Positions 10,485 through 23,084 are shown, numbered from the stretch's first letter. The stretch: 64,000 bases of DNA from Chiloscyllium plagiosum (GCF_004010195.1 NC_057754.1:8925728-8989727); one strand, 5' to 3'. The notes: a model not told the origin generated them from the letters alone. Made by a program: numbers and translations.

Positions 10485-11555
10485 ATGGAGAAACCGTGGA
10501 AATGTGGGGATTGTGGGAAGGGATTCAGATCTCCATCTGTGCTGGAAATTCATCGACGCTGTCACACCGGAGAGAGGCCGTTCACCTGCTCTGATTGTGG
10601 GAAGGGATTCACTCAGTCATCCAGCTTACACAAGCACCAGAAAACACACACTGGGGAGCGGCCGTTCACCTGCTCTGAGTGTGGAAAGGAATTCACTCAA
10701 CTCACCCACCTCACCTCACACAAAGTTGTGCACTCTGACATGAGACCTTTTCAATGTCCTGCCTGTGACAAGAGCTTTAAAAGCAAGAAGAATCTATTGA
10801 CACACCAGCGGGTTCACACTGGAGAGAGGCCATTCACCTGCCCTGCATGTGGGAAAGGATTCACTCAGTTGTCCAGTCTGCTGACACACCAGCGAGTTCA
10901 CACTGGGGAGAAACCATTCATCTGTTCCGAATGTGGGATTGGGTTCACTCAGTTATGCAATCTGTTCGATCACCAGCGGGTTCACACTGGGGAGAGACCA
11001 TTCATCTGTTCAGAGTGTGGCAAGGAATTCACTCAGTCTTCCAGCTTATGCAAACATCGGAGAATTCACTCTGGTGAGCGGCCATTCATCTGTTCCATAT
11101 GTGGGAAGCAATTCACTCAACTCACCCACCTCACATCACACCAACGTGTTCACTCTGAGACAAGATCTTTTCAATGTTCTGAGTGTGAGAAAAGCTTTAA
11201 AACTAAAATGGATCTGCTAACTCACCAGCGAGTTCACAGCGGGGCGAGGCCATTCACCTGCTCACAATGTGGGAAGAGATTCACTCAGTCATCCAGCCTG
11301 CTGGCACACCAGCGAGTTCACACTGGGGCCAAACCGTTTATTTGTTCGAACTGTGGGAAGAGATTCACTCAGCTCACCCACCTCACTTCACACCAACGCG
11401 TTCACTCTGACATGAGACCTTTTCAGTGTTTGGACTGTGAGAAGAGTTTTAAAAGCAAACAGAACCTGCTGACTCACCAGCGGGTTCACACTGGAGGGAA
11501 GCATTCCCTTACTATGAGTGTGGGAAGGGATTCATCCACCCATCCCTCTGGCTGA
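10485..11555 (+). CDS. tandem C2H2 zinc-finger protein (12 intact fingers, no KRAB/SCAN/BTB), ZNF gene 1
   Basis: Uninterrupted ORF with 12 CxxC...HxxxH fingers and TGERP linkers. Likely start is CACCATGG (MEKPWKC) at 10485; an in-frame ATG also exists at 10419. Splice acceptor at 10155-10156, AATAAA at 11935-11940. A 13th finger is frameshifted. Confidence 0.9.
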   Translation: MEKPWKCGDCGKGFRSPSVLEIHRRCHTGERPFTCSDCGKGFTQSSSLHKHQKTHTGERPFTCSECGKEFTQLTHLTSHKVVHSDMRPFQCPACDKSFKSKKNLLTHQRVHTGERPFTCPACGKGFTQLSSLLTHQRVHTGEKPFICSECGIGFTQLCNLFDHQRVHTGERPFICSECGKEFTQSSSLCKHRRIHSGERPFICSICGKQFTQLTHLTSHQRVHSETRSFQCSECEKSFKTKMDLLTHQRVHSGARPFTCSQCGKRFTQSSSLLAHQRVHTGAKPFICSNCGKRFTQLTHLTSHQRVHSDMRPFQCLDCEKSFKSKQNLLTHQRVHTGGKHSLTMSVGRDSSTHPSG

Positions 11556-11786
11556 GAGAACAGCAAGTTCACATTGTGGAGTGATCCGTTTGTGTGTGTG
11601 TGGGAGGGATTCACTCATTCATTCATTCTATAGAAATTGCAGCAAGTCCATAAGTGATTCCAGGGGTTGGATTCTGCTATTTTTGCTGCTATTAGTCACA
11701 TCCAGACTGAACTATATTCATTTTGACACTTGGCAGCTGTTTCAGTTTATGTTAATCATCTCTGTAACTGGGCTGGAGTTTAATAT

Positions 11787-11911
11787 AAGACCATAAGAGC
11801 ATAAGACATAGGAGCGGAAGTAAGGCCATTCGGCCCATCGAGTCCACTCCGCCATTCAATCAAGGCTGATGGGCATTTCAACTCCACTTACCCGCATTCT
11901 CCCCGTAACCC
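11787..11911 (-). mobile_element. CR1 3' tail inserted in the 3'UTR of ZNF gene 1
   Basis: CATAAGA-repeat tail and GGCCATTCGGCCCATCGAG motif, flanked by TTAATAT at 11780-11786 and 11912-11918. Confidence 0.75.
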
Positions 11912-12019
11912 TTAATATGCTGGATTATAGATTAAATAAATGAGCTTTTTGTCAAGCACACTGCTAAATTTCTTGCCTTCTCCAAATTAAGAGGACACAA
12001 AGTTTTTTAAAATCCACTT

Positions 12020-15000
12020 AGAGTCATAGAGATGTACAGCATGGAAACAGACTCTTCGGTCCAACTCGTCCATGCCGACCAGATATCCCAACCCAATCTA
12101 GTCTCACCTGCCAGCACCTCGCCCACATCCCTCCAAACCCTTCCTATTCATATACCCACCCAGATGCCTTTTAAATGCTGCACTTGTACTAGTCTCCACC
12201 ACTTCCTCTGGTAGCTCATTCCATACATGCACCACCCTCTGTATGAAAAAGTTGCCACTTAGGTCTCTTTTATATCTTTCCCCTCTCACCCTAAACCTAT
12301 GCCCTCTAGTTCTGGACTCCCCAACCCAAGGAAAATACCTTGTCTATTTACCCTATCCATGCTCTTCATGATTATATAAACCTCTATAAGGTCACCATCA
12401 ACCCTCCGACACTCCAAGGAAAACAGCCACAGGCTTAGTAACCTCTCCCTATCGCTCAAATCCACCGACCCTGGCAAAATCCTTGTAAATAATTTCTGAA
12501 CCCTTTCAAGTTACACAATATCCTTCCGATAGGAAGGAGACCAGAATTGCACACAATATTCCAAAAGTGGTCTAACCAACGTCCTGTACAAACGCAACAT
12601 GACTTCCCAACTCCTATAATCAATACTCTGACCGATAAAGGAAAGCATACCAAACGCCTTCTTCATTATCCTATCGACCTGCAACTCGACTTTCAAGGAG
12701 CTATGAACCTGCACTCTAAGGTCTCTTTGTTCAGCAACACTCCCTAGGATCTTACCATTACGTGAATAAGATTTGCTTTCCCAAAATGCAACACCTCGCA
12801 TTTATCAAAATTAAACTCCATCTGTCACTCCTCAGCCCACTGGCCCATCTGATCAAGATCCCATTATAATCTGAGATAACCTTTTCGTTGTCCACCACAC
12901 CTCCAATTTTGGTGTCATCTGCAAACTTACCTCCTTTGTTCACATCCAAATCATTTATATAAATGACAAAAAGTAGTGGATCCAGCTCCAATCCTTGTGG
13001 CACTCCACTGATCACAGGCCTCCAGTCTGATAAACAACCCTCCACCACCATCCTCTGGCTTCTACCTTTGAGCCAATTCTGTATCCAAATGGCTCGTTCT
13101 CCCTGTATTCCATGAGATCTAACCTTGCTAATCAGTCTCCCATGGGGAACCTTGCAAATGCCTTACTGAAGTCCATATAGACCATGTCCACCATTCTGCC
13201 CTCATCAATCCTCTTTGTTACTTCTTCAAAAAACTCAATCAAGTTCATGAGTCATGATTTCCCACACACAAAACCATGTTGACCATCCCTAATCAGTCCT
13301 TGCCTTTTCAAATACATGTAAATCCTGTCCCTCAGGATTCCCTCTAACAACTTGCCCACCACCGACATCAGACTCACTGGTCTATAATTCCCTTGCTTGT
13401 CCTTACCACCTTTCTTAAACAGTGGCACCATGTTAGCCAACCCTGAGACTTCACCTGTGACTATTAATAGTACAAATATCTCAGCAAGGGGCCCAGCAAT
13501 CACTTCCCTAGCTTCCCACAGAGTTTGAGGTTACAATTGATCAGGTCTTGGGGATTTATCCATGTTTATGTGTTTTAAGACATCCAGCACTTCCTCATCT
13601 GTAATATGAGGAATTCTTAACTAAATCCTCAATTTCTCTAGACATCCAGCATTCCCTTCACTTACCAGCCTTTCCTTTCACCCGAACAGGAATATACTGA
13701 CTCTGGACTCTCGTTATCTCATTTCTGAAGGCTTCCCATTTTCCAGCCATCTCTTTACCTTCGAACATCTGCCCCCAATCAGCTTTTGAAAGTTCTTGCC
13801 TAATACTGTCAAAATTAGACTTCTTCCAATTTAGAACTTTTAAAGTTTTAGATCTGATCTTTTCCATCACTATTTTAAAACTAATAGAATTATGGTCACT
13901 GGCCCCAAACTGCTCCCCCACTGACACTTCAGTCACCTGCCCTGCCTTATTTCCTAAGAGGTCAGGTTTGGCGCCTCCTCTCGTAGGTACATCCACATAT
14001 CGAATCAGAAAATTTTCTTGTACACACTTAACAAATTCCTCTCCATCTAAACCTTTAACACCATGGCAGTCCCAGTCTATGTTTGGAAAGTTAAAATCCC
14101 CTACTATAATCACCCTATTATTCTTACAGATAACTGAAATCTTTTTACAAATTTGTTTCTCAATTTCCTGCTGACTATTAGGGCATCTATAATACAATCC
14201 CAATAAGGTTATCATCCCTTTCTTATTTCTCAGTTCCACCCAAATAACTTCCCTGGATGTATTTCCGGGAATATCCTCCCTCAACACAGCTGTAATGCTA
14301 TCCCTTACCAAAGATGCCACTCCATCTCCTCCCTTGCCTCCTTTCTATCCTTCCTGTAGCATTTGTATCCTGGAACATTAAGCTGCCAGTCCTGCCCATC
14401 CCTGAGCCATGTTTCTGTAATTGCTATGATATCCCAGTCCCATGTTCCTAACCATGCCCTGAGTTCATCTGCCTTCCCTGTTGGGCCCCTTGCATTGAAA
14501 TAAATGCAGTTTAATTTATTAGTCCTACCTTGTCCCTGTCTGCCCTGACTGCTTGACTCACATCTTTTCTCAACCGTACCAGTCTCAGATTGATCTCTTT
14601 CCTCACTATCTCCATGGGTCCCACTCCCCCACCTTACTTGTTTAAATCCTCCCAAGCAGTTTAAGCAAATCTCCCTGCCAGTATATTAATCCCTTCCAAT
14701 TTAGGTGCAATCCCTTCTTGTACAGGTCACTTCTAACCCAGAAAAGTTTCCAATAATCCAAAAATGTGAATCCTTCTCCCATACACCAGCTCCTCAGCCA
14801 TGCATTCATCTGCTCTATCCTCGTATTCCTACCCTCACTAGCTCGTAGCACTGGGAGTAATCCAGATATTATTACCCTCCTTTTTAAATTCCTGCTTAAC
14901 TTTCTATATTGTCCCTTCAGAATCTTATCCTTTTCCCTTCCTATGTCATTGGTTCAATGTGTACAATGACCTCCTGCTGGTCCCTGTCCCCTTTGAGGAC

Positions 15001-15110
15001 ATTCTGCACCCTCTCTGAGCAACACATCATTCTGATTTTTCGCTGCTGGCCACAGAAATATCTGTCTGTGCCTCTGACTAGAGAGTCCCCTAAATACAAT
15101 AGACCGCTTG
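12020..15110 (-). mobile_element. long CR1 (HER1-like) LINE: ORF1 esterase end, ORF2 APE and RT, 3' tail; frameshifted
   Basis: NAWLRSWC...GLHLNWKG (SGNH esterase), YFNARG, AITETWL, VGDFNFP, SDHNSI, NYRPVSL, VPQG--L-PLLF-IYINDL, KFADDT and [19 protein letters not shown] occur in order. Confidence 0.92.
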
Positions 15111-15570
15111 GGTTTTTCCAAAAACCAACAACAGATTCATGGTCATCATTAGCCTCTTAATCCCAAATTTTTATTGAAGTCAAATTCCACCATCTGCCAT
15201 TACATGATTCAAACCCAGGTCCCCAGAACATTACCTGGGTCACTAGATTAACAGTCCAACAATAATACACGAGGCCATCACCTATCCTGCAAACAATACT
15301 TGCCAACTGGCCATTGTTCAGATTTTGTCACATATGAATATGTACTGCTGCAGTATCTGTGGAGTCATGAACAGCGCTGCATATTGTGCAATCATTGGCA
15401 AACATCTCCACGTTTGACTGAATGCTGGAGGTATGGTCATTGATGAAGCAGCTCAAGATGACTGGGCCTAGGACACTATTCTGAGGTACTCCATGCAGTG
15501 ATAACTTGGAGCTGAGATGACTGAGCTCCCACAACTACAACCATCTTCCTTTATACTCAATATGACTGGT
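15110..15570 (-). mobile_element. second SINE family fragment (15110-15285) plus non-LTR RT fragment (15290-15570)
   Basis: The SINE head matches the copy at 61340-61637. ORF 15328-15534 has GVPQNSVLGP...MFANDCT. Confidence 0.6.
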
Positions 15571-15769
15571 GTCCTATTACTGGTTGTTGTATTGTTGGGT
15601 CTTTTCTCAGTTCATCTTGTCCTCATTCAGAACTGGAAAGGAACAACTCAACTGAAAGACTCTCTCTTGTAGTCGGGATGGAGCAGGAGTGCTGAGTTCA
15701 AAGTGGTTAAATTTTTTTCTTCTATTGGGACGATCAAGTTAAACTCTAGAAGGGATGGAGGGTTTGAGC

Positions 15770-16197
15770 TATTGGAAGAGGCTGAATAGCTGGTGTATTT
15801 TCCCTGGAGTGTCAGAGACTGAGGGGTCATTTATAAAGTTTATAAAATCATGAGGGCCATGGGTAGGGTAAATAGACAAGGTCTTTTTTCCCAGGGTGAG
15901 GGAATCTAAAACTAGAGGGCATAGGTTTAAGGTAAAAGGGGAAAGATTTAAAAAGGCCTAAGGGGCAACGTCTTCATGCAGAGGGTGGTGCCCATATGGA
16001 ATGAGCTGCTAGAGATGGTGGTGGCGGCTGTTAGAATTATGATATTTAAAAGGCACCTGGATGGGTACAAGAATAGGAAGAGTTTAGAGGGATACAGGCC
16101 ACATGTTGGCAAATGGAACTAGATGAATTTAGGAAATCTAGTTGGCATGTTTGAGTTGGACCAAAGGGTTTTTTTCTGTGCTGTACATCACTATGAC
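15770..16197 (+). mobile_element. CR1 3' fragment
   Basis: Same ORF2 C-terminus and tail (...GCTGTACATC-CTATGAC) as the other CR1 copies. Confidence 0.85.
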
Positions 16198-16732
16198 TTG
16201 TATTTATATAGTGCTTGTTACATCTTCAGGATGCCCCATAGTGTTTTACATCAAATGACATTCTTTATAACAGTGAAAACATTTGCAATGTTGGAAAAGT
16301 AGCTCCTACAAATTGAAATGTGATTCTCACCAGACAATCTGCTCAATGATGTTTGTTGAGGGATAAATATTGAGCAGTTCATAGAATCATACAGTACAGA
16401 AGAGGCCCTTTGACACATCAAGGCTGGAGTAGTCCAACTTTCCTGCACTAGGCCCATAGCCTTGAATGTTATGACACCCAAGTAATTTATAAAGAGTGTG
16501 AGGCTACCCTCCCAGGTTGTGCATTCCAAACCTCCACCATCATCTGTGTGAAAAGTCCCCTCTAAACCTTCTGCCTTCCACTTTAAAATTAAGCCACCTT
16601 GTTATTGACCCTTCAGTTAAGGGGAACAACTGCTTTCAATTCACCCTGTCTATGCCCTCATAACGTTAATCATCTCTATCCCAGGTCCTCTTCATCCTTC
16701 TCTGCTCCAAAGAAAACTACTAGCTCATCCAG

Positions 16733-16879
16733 AGTGAAAAAGTGTGGCACTGGAAAAAAACAGCAGGTCAGACAGCATCTGAGGAGCAGGAGAATCGATG
16801 TTTTGGGCATAAACCCTTCATCAGTAATGCGTGCAGAAGAATCGACGTTTCAGGCATAAACCCTTCACAAGCTTCATAA
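16733..16879 (-). mobile_element. Penelope-like fragment with two tandem degenerate hammerhead segments and a 14-bp TSD
   Basis: TSD ACTAGCTCATCCAG at 16719-16732 and 16880-16893; GAATCGA(T/C)GTTT--GGCATAAACCCTTCA occurs twice. Confidence 0.8.
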
Positions 16880-18752
16880 ACTAGCTCATCCAGTCTCTTT
16901 CCATAGCTAAAGTGCAACATCCTGGTGAAAGTAAAACAGAAATTGCTGGCAAGACTCAGCATCTCTGGGGAGAAAACAGTTATTTGAGTTCGGTGACTCT
17001 TCATCAGCTTCCTAGCTCATCAGTGGCAACTCCCTTGCCCTTCAGATTAATAACCTCACGAGAACTTTAACAGCCAACATAGCTGATGGGGCCATAGTTG
17101 AACATCTCCTTTGAAAGACAGGACCTCCGATAGTGCAGTACTCACTAACTACTGCATCACAATATCACCTTAGATGTTATGTTCATGGTCGTGGTTGTGG
17201 ATTTGAATGCTCAACCTTCAGATTCAGAGATGAAATAATTACTCTTGATTATTTCAGTTCCCACATGTTTTCTTACTCTCTTGGAAAATTGTAAAGTCTG
17301 GGATTCATAAATGTCCAAAAAGGGTGTTATAGTCATCGGTGATTCTAAAATTAAGAAGGTTTGCTTCAACAGGGAAACAAAAGCTGCACAGACCTCCTTA
17401 GACTGGAAAGAGTTAAAGAGGATGGAGTTTCTCATCTTTTCATGGTAACCTCAAGCTAAATCTTATCTGTGGGAATCAAATACAGTATTTTAGTACATTT
17501 TGAACATTTTTTTGGAAACCAGCAGAATTTGACATTGAATACTAACTGTAAACTTTCCATGTAGATGGTGTACAGGGAAAATCCTGGACATTGTCAATCT
17601 GCCAGCACAGAAACCATGCTGTGCTTCTTAATACACTGAGGCTGCAAATGGATTGAGTCTTTTAAACATGACCCTAGTGAATATCTTCCCTGTGACGGCA
17701 AGGAGAGAGATGCCCTAGCAGTTGTTACAATTCCCTCTAAAACCCTTGCTTTTCTACATAATTTTCGCAGAAACATACTCTGTGGAATGCATCCCACCCT
17801 ACATATGAACACTGAAAATGGTAACTGAAATAAACCATTTGGTCACTTAAGCCATTCAGTAAGGTCATTGTTGAGCTGTTGCTTTTTGCATTCCACATTG
17901 CCATCCACCCTCAATAACCCTGGACTTGCTTGCACAACAAGAATCTAGGACCACTGTCAAGAACCACCATTTCAAGGGCGGCCAGGGATGGACAATCTCA
18001 GCCAATTCATATCCTGTGAATTAAAAAACTCCCTTACGTCACAACATAGTTTCCTACCTGTGGTGCTGTCATTGGCAAATTTAGCTACCATGCTATTGCT
18101 TCCCTGATTTAAATAATTGATATAATTTTTAAAAAGTTGAGATTCCAGCACAGATCCTTGTGAGACTCCACTCCTGCCAAAGACCAATTTATGCATGTGC
18201 TGATTTTTTTGCCAGCCAGCCAATGAATCATCTATCTGAGGATGATATGATGACAAGTGGGTTTTCTTCAGGATGTGAGATGACAGTGGATTTAAAGACA
18301 AGAATGCTAGAACCAGAGGAGGGAGCACCGTTAGCAACATCAGCTAACGTGGGGAGGTCGGATGCCCAGTAGTTTAACAAGAATATGGTTGATGGATAGG
18401 GAGGTGGGTCTCATGAACAAGATGAGGTCTGAAGTGCAGGACGACAATTAGGGAAAGAGAAAGATACAAACTCAAAGCAGACACAAAAGAATTTGGAGGT
18501 AATTTGGCTCAGTGGACTGGTGGAAGAAAGGAATGTGGCAGTGGCAACTGATTGGATAGTCCCAATCATACTGACAGAATTTTATCAGCTCCGTGTACTT
18601 GCTCTTGGAGGTTTAGACTGGAGACAGGTGAATGGGAGGTCGTGGCAAAAGGATCTAATCTGTATCAGAAATTTAATATGATCAATGTGTTTAACACAAA
18701 TTTGACTTTTACCCAGGATACCTTTGAGCTTAAAATAGCACTGTTAGTGGCA

Positions 18753-18871
18753 GGCTTTTGCCCGAAACGTCGATTTTCCTGCTCCTCGGATGCTGCCTAA
18801 CCTGCCGTGCTTTTCCAGCACCACTATAATCTAGACTCTGATTTTCAGCATCTACAGTCCTCACTTTTGCC
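18753..18871 (+). mobile_element. Penelope-like 3' end, truncated inside the hammerhead, with 12-bp TSD
   Basis: CTGTT(A/G)GTGGCA at 18741-18752 and 18872-18883; the insert starts GGCTTTTGCCCGAAACGTCG. Confidence 0.8.
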
Positions 18872-19279
18872 CTGTTGGTGGCAAGATGAACTTTTCTGTG
18901 TACTCACCTGAGTTCATTTGACAGGAAAGCTAATTCAATTCAGTTATATGCATCCTATTATCTCTGTGTTAGACATGCTTCATTATTTCTCCCATGCTTA
19001 CATTACTGGGATATTATGAGAGAGGGTTCGTACAAACTCAGAATTACACAAGTGCTCAAGAGGCTATTGGCCTATCACAGAGGAACTGGCTCTTCAAATA
19101 AGCATCATTACCTAATGTCAACCTCCTGCGTTTACCCCAGTAAAACATCTCTCAAAGTAAATTATTTATTTTTCCGAATGAGAACCCTACTTTAATGAAG
19201 CTCGCAAAACATTCCTGTATGTCCAGGTCGAACTTAGAAATTGACAGTTTCTCTTCCTAGTTCCAGATCCCAATTGCCC

Positions 19280-19750
19280 ATCCACTCTTGACAACATGGC
19301 GGCGTCCGTGATTGACAGTGAATCCAGACCAATAGAAATAAGGGGCGGGTTTGGAGGACCAAGTCCGCACGGTTGATCCTCCAACCAATCGGAACCCGTA
19401 CAAAATCACATGATCCAGGAGGGCCGTGCAGGCGCAGTGCTCCCGTGATCGAGAAGGGTTGACAGCGCGAAGCTTTGGAAGGGCGAAGCGGAGAGGTGAG
19501 AGATTAACGAGTATAGTAATGAAGCTGTTGTGAATCCGGAGGTTTCACGAGCGCCTGGTAGTCCTCTAAACCCGAATTAGAGACTGCAGGTTTCATATTC
19601 GAAAGAAATCGGGAGTTGGCTGCGGGTCTCTTGGGGGGCGAAAACAAGCCTCTGTCGCCATCTTTGTTGGGGGACAGTATTCAGTGAGACGTGTGTGCAA
19701 CGGCCATCTTTATATGGGGCTAGGTGCAGCACCGCGCATGTGCAATCTTC
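19280..19750 (+). promoter_or_regulatory. CpG-rich promoter with candidate non-coding first exon
   Basis: AACATGGCGGC (YY1-like) at 19293, CCAAT at 19329 and 19385, GC box at 19342, NRF1-like GCAGGCGCA at about 19429 and GCGCATGTGC at about 19735, donor GAG|GTGAG at 19496. Confidence 0.75.
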
Positions 19751-19924
19751 CTTTTGCCACAAAGTGAGGAAGAATGATTTTACATGCAGCCAAATCAAAC
19801 CAAGAGAAATGTTTGTCACTTTTAAATTTCTGTTCTGGACGGGCTTTTACCAACTCTTTTCATAGTAGGTTGGGTGAGGAAGAGTTATACACTGGAGATA
19901 GGGTGACATAAGATGATGTTTGAT

Positions 19925-20044
19925 AAAGTTAAAAATCACACAACGCCAGGTTACATTCCAACAGTTGGACTGTTGCCGACTATAACCTGGTGTTGTGTGA
20001 TTTTTAAATTTATCCACCCCAGCCCAACACCAGCTCGTCCACCT
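19925..20044. mobile_element. Penelope-like fold-back fragment (second family)
   Basis: Inverted arms AAAAATCACACAAC-CCAGGTTA / TAACCTGGTGTTGTGTGATTTTT, the same family as 56464-56644. Flanked by ATGTTTGA(T/C)AAAG. Confidence 0.75.
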
Positions 20045-21224
20045 TATGTTTGACAAAGCAAGTTTGATTGTTGTTAATTTAACTTAACCATATGCTAACG
20101 TAGTCAGTGGGCACAGGGATGACAGATGAACACAACTTAACATGAGAAATTATGATGGCAGCATAGTTTTGGGTGATCTAACATTTCTGTGTGGGGATGA
20201 GGTGAATGTAAGGGACTGCAAACAGTCGGGGCAGACAGGGACAAAGCAGAGAACAAGATAGGACTGATCAACTAAACTGCATTTACTTCAATGCAAGAGC
20301 CGTAACAGGGAAGGCAGAAGAACTCAGGGCATGGTTAGGAACATGGGACTGGGATTTCATAGAAATTACAGAAATGTGGCTCAGGGATGGACAGGACTGG
20401 CAGCTTAATGTTCCAGGATACAAATGCTACAGGAAGGATAGAAAGGGGGGCAAGAAAGGAAGGGGTGTGTGGCATTTTTGATAAGGGATAGCATTACTGC
20501 TGTACTTAGGGAGGATATTCCTGGAAATTATTTGGGTTGAACTGAGAAATAAGAAAGGGATGATTGCCTTATTGGGATTGTTATTATAGACCCCCTAATA
20601 ATCAATGGGAAATTGAGAAACAAATTTGTAAGGAGATTTCAGTTATCTGTAAGAATAATAGGGTGGTTATGGTAAGAGATTTTAACTTTCCAAACATAGA
20701 CTGGTATTGCCATAATGTTAAAGGCTTAGATGGAGAAGAATTTGTTAAGTGTGTACAAGAACATTTTCTGGTTTAATATGTTGATGTACCTACTAGAGAA
20801 GGTGCAAAACTTGACCCACTCTTGGGAAATAAGGCAGGGCAGGTGACTGAGGTATCAGTGGGGTAGCACTTTGGGGCCAGTGCCCATAATTCTATTAGTT
20901 TTAAAATAGTGATGGAAAAGGATAGACCAGATCTAAAAGTTGAAATTCTAAATTGGAGGAAGGCTAATTTTGACAGTATTAAGCAACAACTTTCAAAAGC
21001 TGATTGGGGGCAGATATTCGCTGGTAAAGGGATGGCTGAAAAATGGGAAGCCTTCAGAAATGAGAAATCAAACGTCCAGAGACAGTATATACCTGTAAGG
21101 GTGAAAGGAAGGACTGGCAGATGTAGGGAATGCTGGATGACTAGAGAAATTGAGATTTTGGTTAAGAAAAAGTTGTAAGCATATGTAAGGTATAGACAGG
21201 ATCGATCGAGTGAATCCTTAGAAG

Positions 21225-21782
21225 TGTGCTGGAAATGTGTTGCTGGAAAAGCGCAGCAGGTCAGACAGCATCCAGGGAACAGGAGAATCGACGTTTCGGG
21301 CATAAGCCCTTCTTCAGGAATGGGGAAAGTTTGTCCAGCAGGCTAAGATAAAAGGTAGGGAGGAGGGACTTGGGGGAGGGGCGTCAGAAATGTGATAGGT
21401 GGAAAGAGGTGAAATGTTGTGCTACAGGGTGGTTGGGTTGGTTGGTCCGGGTGTCCCAGAGGTGTTCTCTGAAACGCTCCGCAAGTAGCCGGCCTGTCTC
21501 CCCAATATAGAGGAGGCCACATCGTCCTGTCCCCCTTAGTCCAAGAACTCCCCACCTACGTTCGGGACACCACCCATGCCCTCCACCTGCTCCATGATTT
21601 TCGCTTCCCTGGTCCCCAACGCCTTATTTTCACCATGGACATCCAGTCCCTGTACACCTCCATCCCCCATCACAAAGGACTCAAAGCCCTCCGCTTCTTT
21701 CTTTCCCGCCGTACCGACCAGTACCCTTCCACTGACACCCTCCTTCGACTGACTGAACTGGTCCTCACCCTGAACAACTTCT
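21225..21782. mobile_element. Penelope-like element piece: minus-strand 3' end with intact hammerhead core plus an inverted RT fragment
   Basis: Minus-strand CTGAAGAAGGGCTTATGCCCGAAACGTC at 21290-21317. Plus-strand TMDIQSLYTSIPH...LTELVLTLNNFS is a PLE-type RT motif. Confidence 0.85.
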
Positions 21783-22738
21783 CGGGAGAGAATCGGGCCT
21801 CTCAAAGATCAGCAAGGCAGCCTTTGTGTGGAACCATAGGAGATGGGGGAGATACTAAACAAGTATTTTGCATCAGTGTTTACTGTGGAGAAGGACATGG
21901 GAGATATGGAATGTGGGGAAATAGATGGTGACATCCTGAGAAATGTCCATATTACAGAGGAGGAGGTGCTGAATGTCTTAAAATGCATAAAACTGGATAA
22001 GATAAGATAACTGGATGAGATGTTTGTATCGTCGGTAGTCACAGTGGTGGCTGCAGCGCCACTATTAAAGATGGTAAGGAAAAGCCAGCGAACGAGAAAC
22101 TGGTGAGCTTGATATCGGTAGTGGGCAAGTTGTTGGAGGGAATCCTGAGGGACAGGATGCACATGTATTTGAAAAGACAAGGACTGCTTCGTGCATGGGA
22201 AATCATGTCTCAAGAACTTGATTGAGGTTTTTGAAGAAGTAACTAAGAGGATTGAGGGCAAAATCGTGGACATGATCTATAGGGACTTCAGCAAGGTGTT
22301 CAACAAGTTTCCCTTGGGAGACTGGTTAGCAAGGTTAGATCTCACGGAATACAGGGAGAACTAGCTATTTGGATACAGAACTGGTCCGAAGGTAGAAGAC
22401 ACAGGGTGGTGGTGGAGGATTTTTTTCAGACTGGAGGCCTGTGACCAGTGGAATGCCACAAGGATGCTAGGTCCACTACTTTTTGTCACTTATATAAATG
22501 ATTTGGATGTGAACATAGGAGGTATAGTTAGTAAGTTTGCAGGTGACGCCAAAATTGGAGGTGTATTGGACAGCAAAGATGGTTACCTCAGGTTACAATG
22601 GAATCTTGATCAGATGGGCCAGTGGGCTGAGGAGTGGCAGATGGAGTTTAATTTAGATAAATGTGAGGCGTGCATTTTGGAAAAGCAAATCTTAGCAGGA
22701 CTTATACACTTAATGGTAAGGTCCAAGGGAGTTTTTGC

Positions 22739-23084
22739 AAAATCGACGTTTCGGACAAAAGCCCTTCATCAGGAATAAAGGCAGAGAGCCTGAAGCGTGG
22801 AGAGATAAGCTAGAGGAGGACGTTTCGGGCAAAAGCCCTTCTCCTCTAGCTTATCTCTCCACGCTTCAGGCTCTCTGCCTTTATTCCTGATGAAGGGCTT
22901 TTGCCCGAAACGTCCTCCTCTAGCTTATCTCTCCACGCTTCAGGCTCTCTGCCTTTATTCCTGATGAAGGGCTTTTGCCCGAAACGTTGAATTTGCCTGT
23001 CCTCGGATGCTGCCTGAATTGCTGTGCTCTTCCAGCACCACTGATCCAGAATCTGGTTTCCAGCATCTGCAGTCATTGTTTTTA
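22739..23084. mobile_element. Penelope-like insertion built of 74-nt hammerhead-containing units in inverted and tandem arrangement
   Basis: Units at 22745-22818 (-), 22819-22841 (-, partial), 22841-22914 (+) and 22915-22988 (+), then the normal tail. TSD CCAAGGGAGTTTT(T)GC at 22723-22738 and 23085-23099. Confidence 0.9.
22887..22914 (+). ncRNA. minimal type I hammerhead ribozyme motif
   Basis: CUGAUGA core, A, stem II GGGC-UUUU-GCCC, GAAA, palindromic ACGU stem III, GUC triplet. Further copies at 22961-22988 (+; ATTC/GAAT can form stem I) and 22745-22772 (-). Confidence 0.8.

Noticed and set aside
10485..11555. 84-bp periodic repeats that could be read as a CRISPR-like repeat-spacer array
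   Set aside because: They are C2H2 finger codons in an open frame; eukaryotic context and no cas genes. The same applies to 39892-41019 and 56646-57863.
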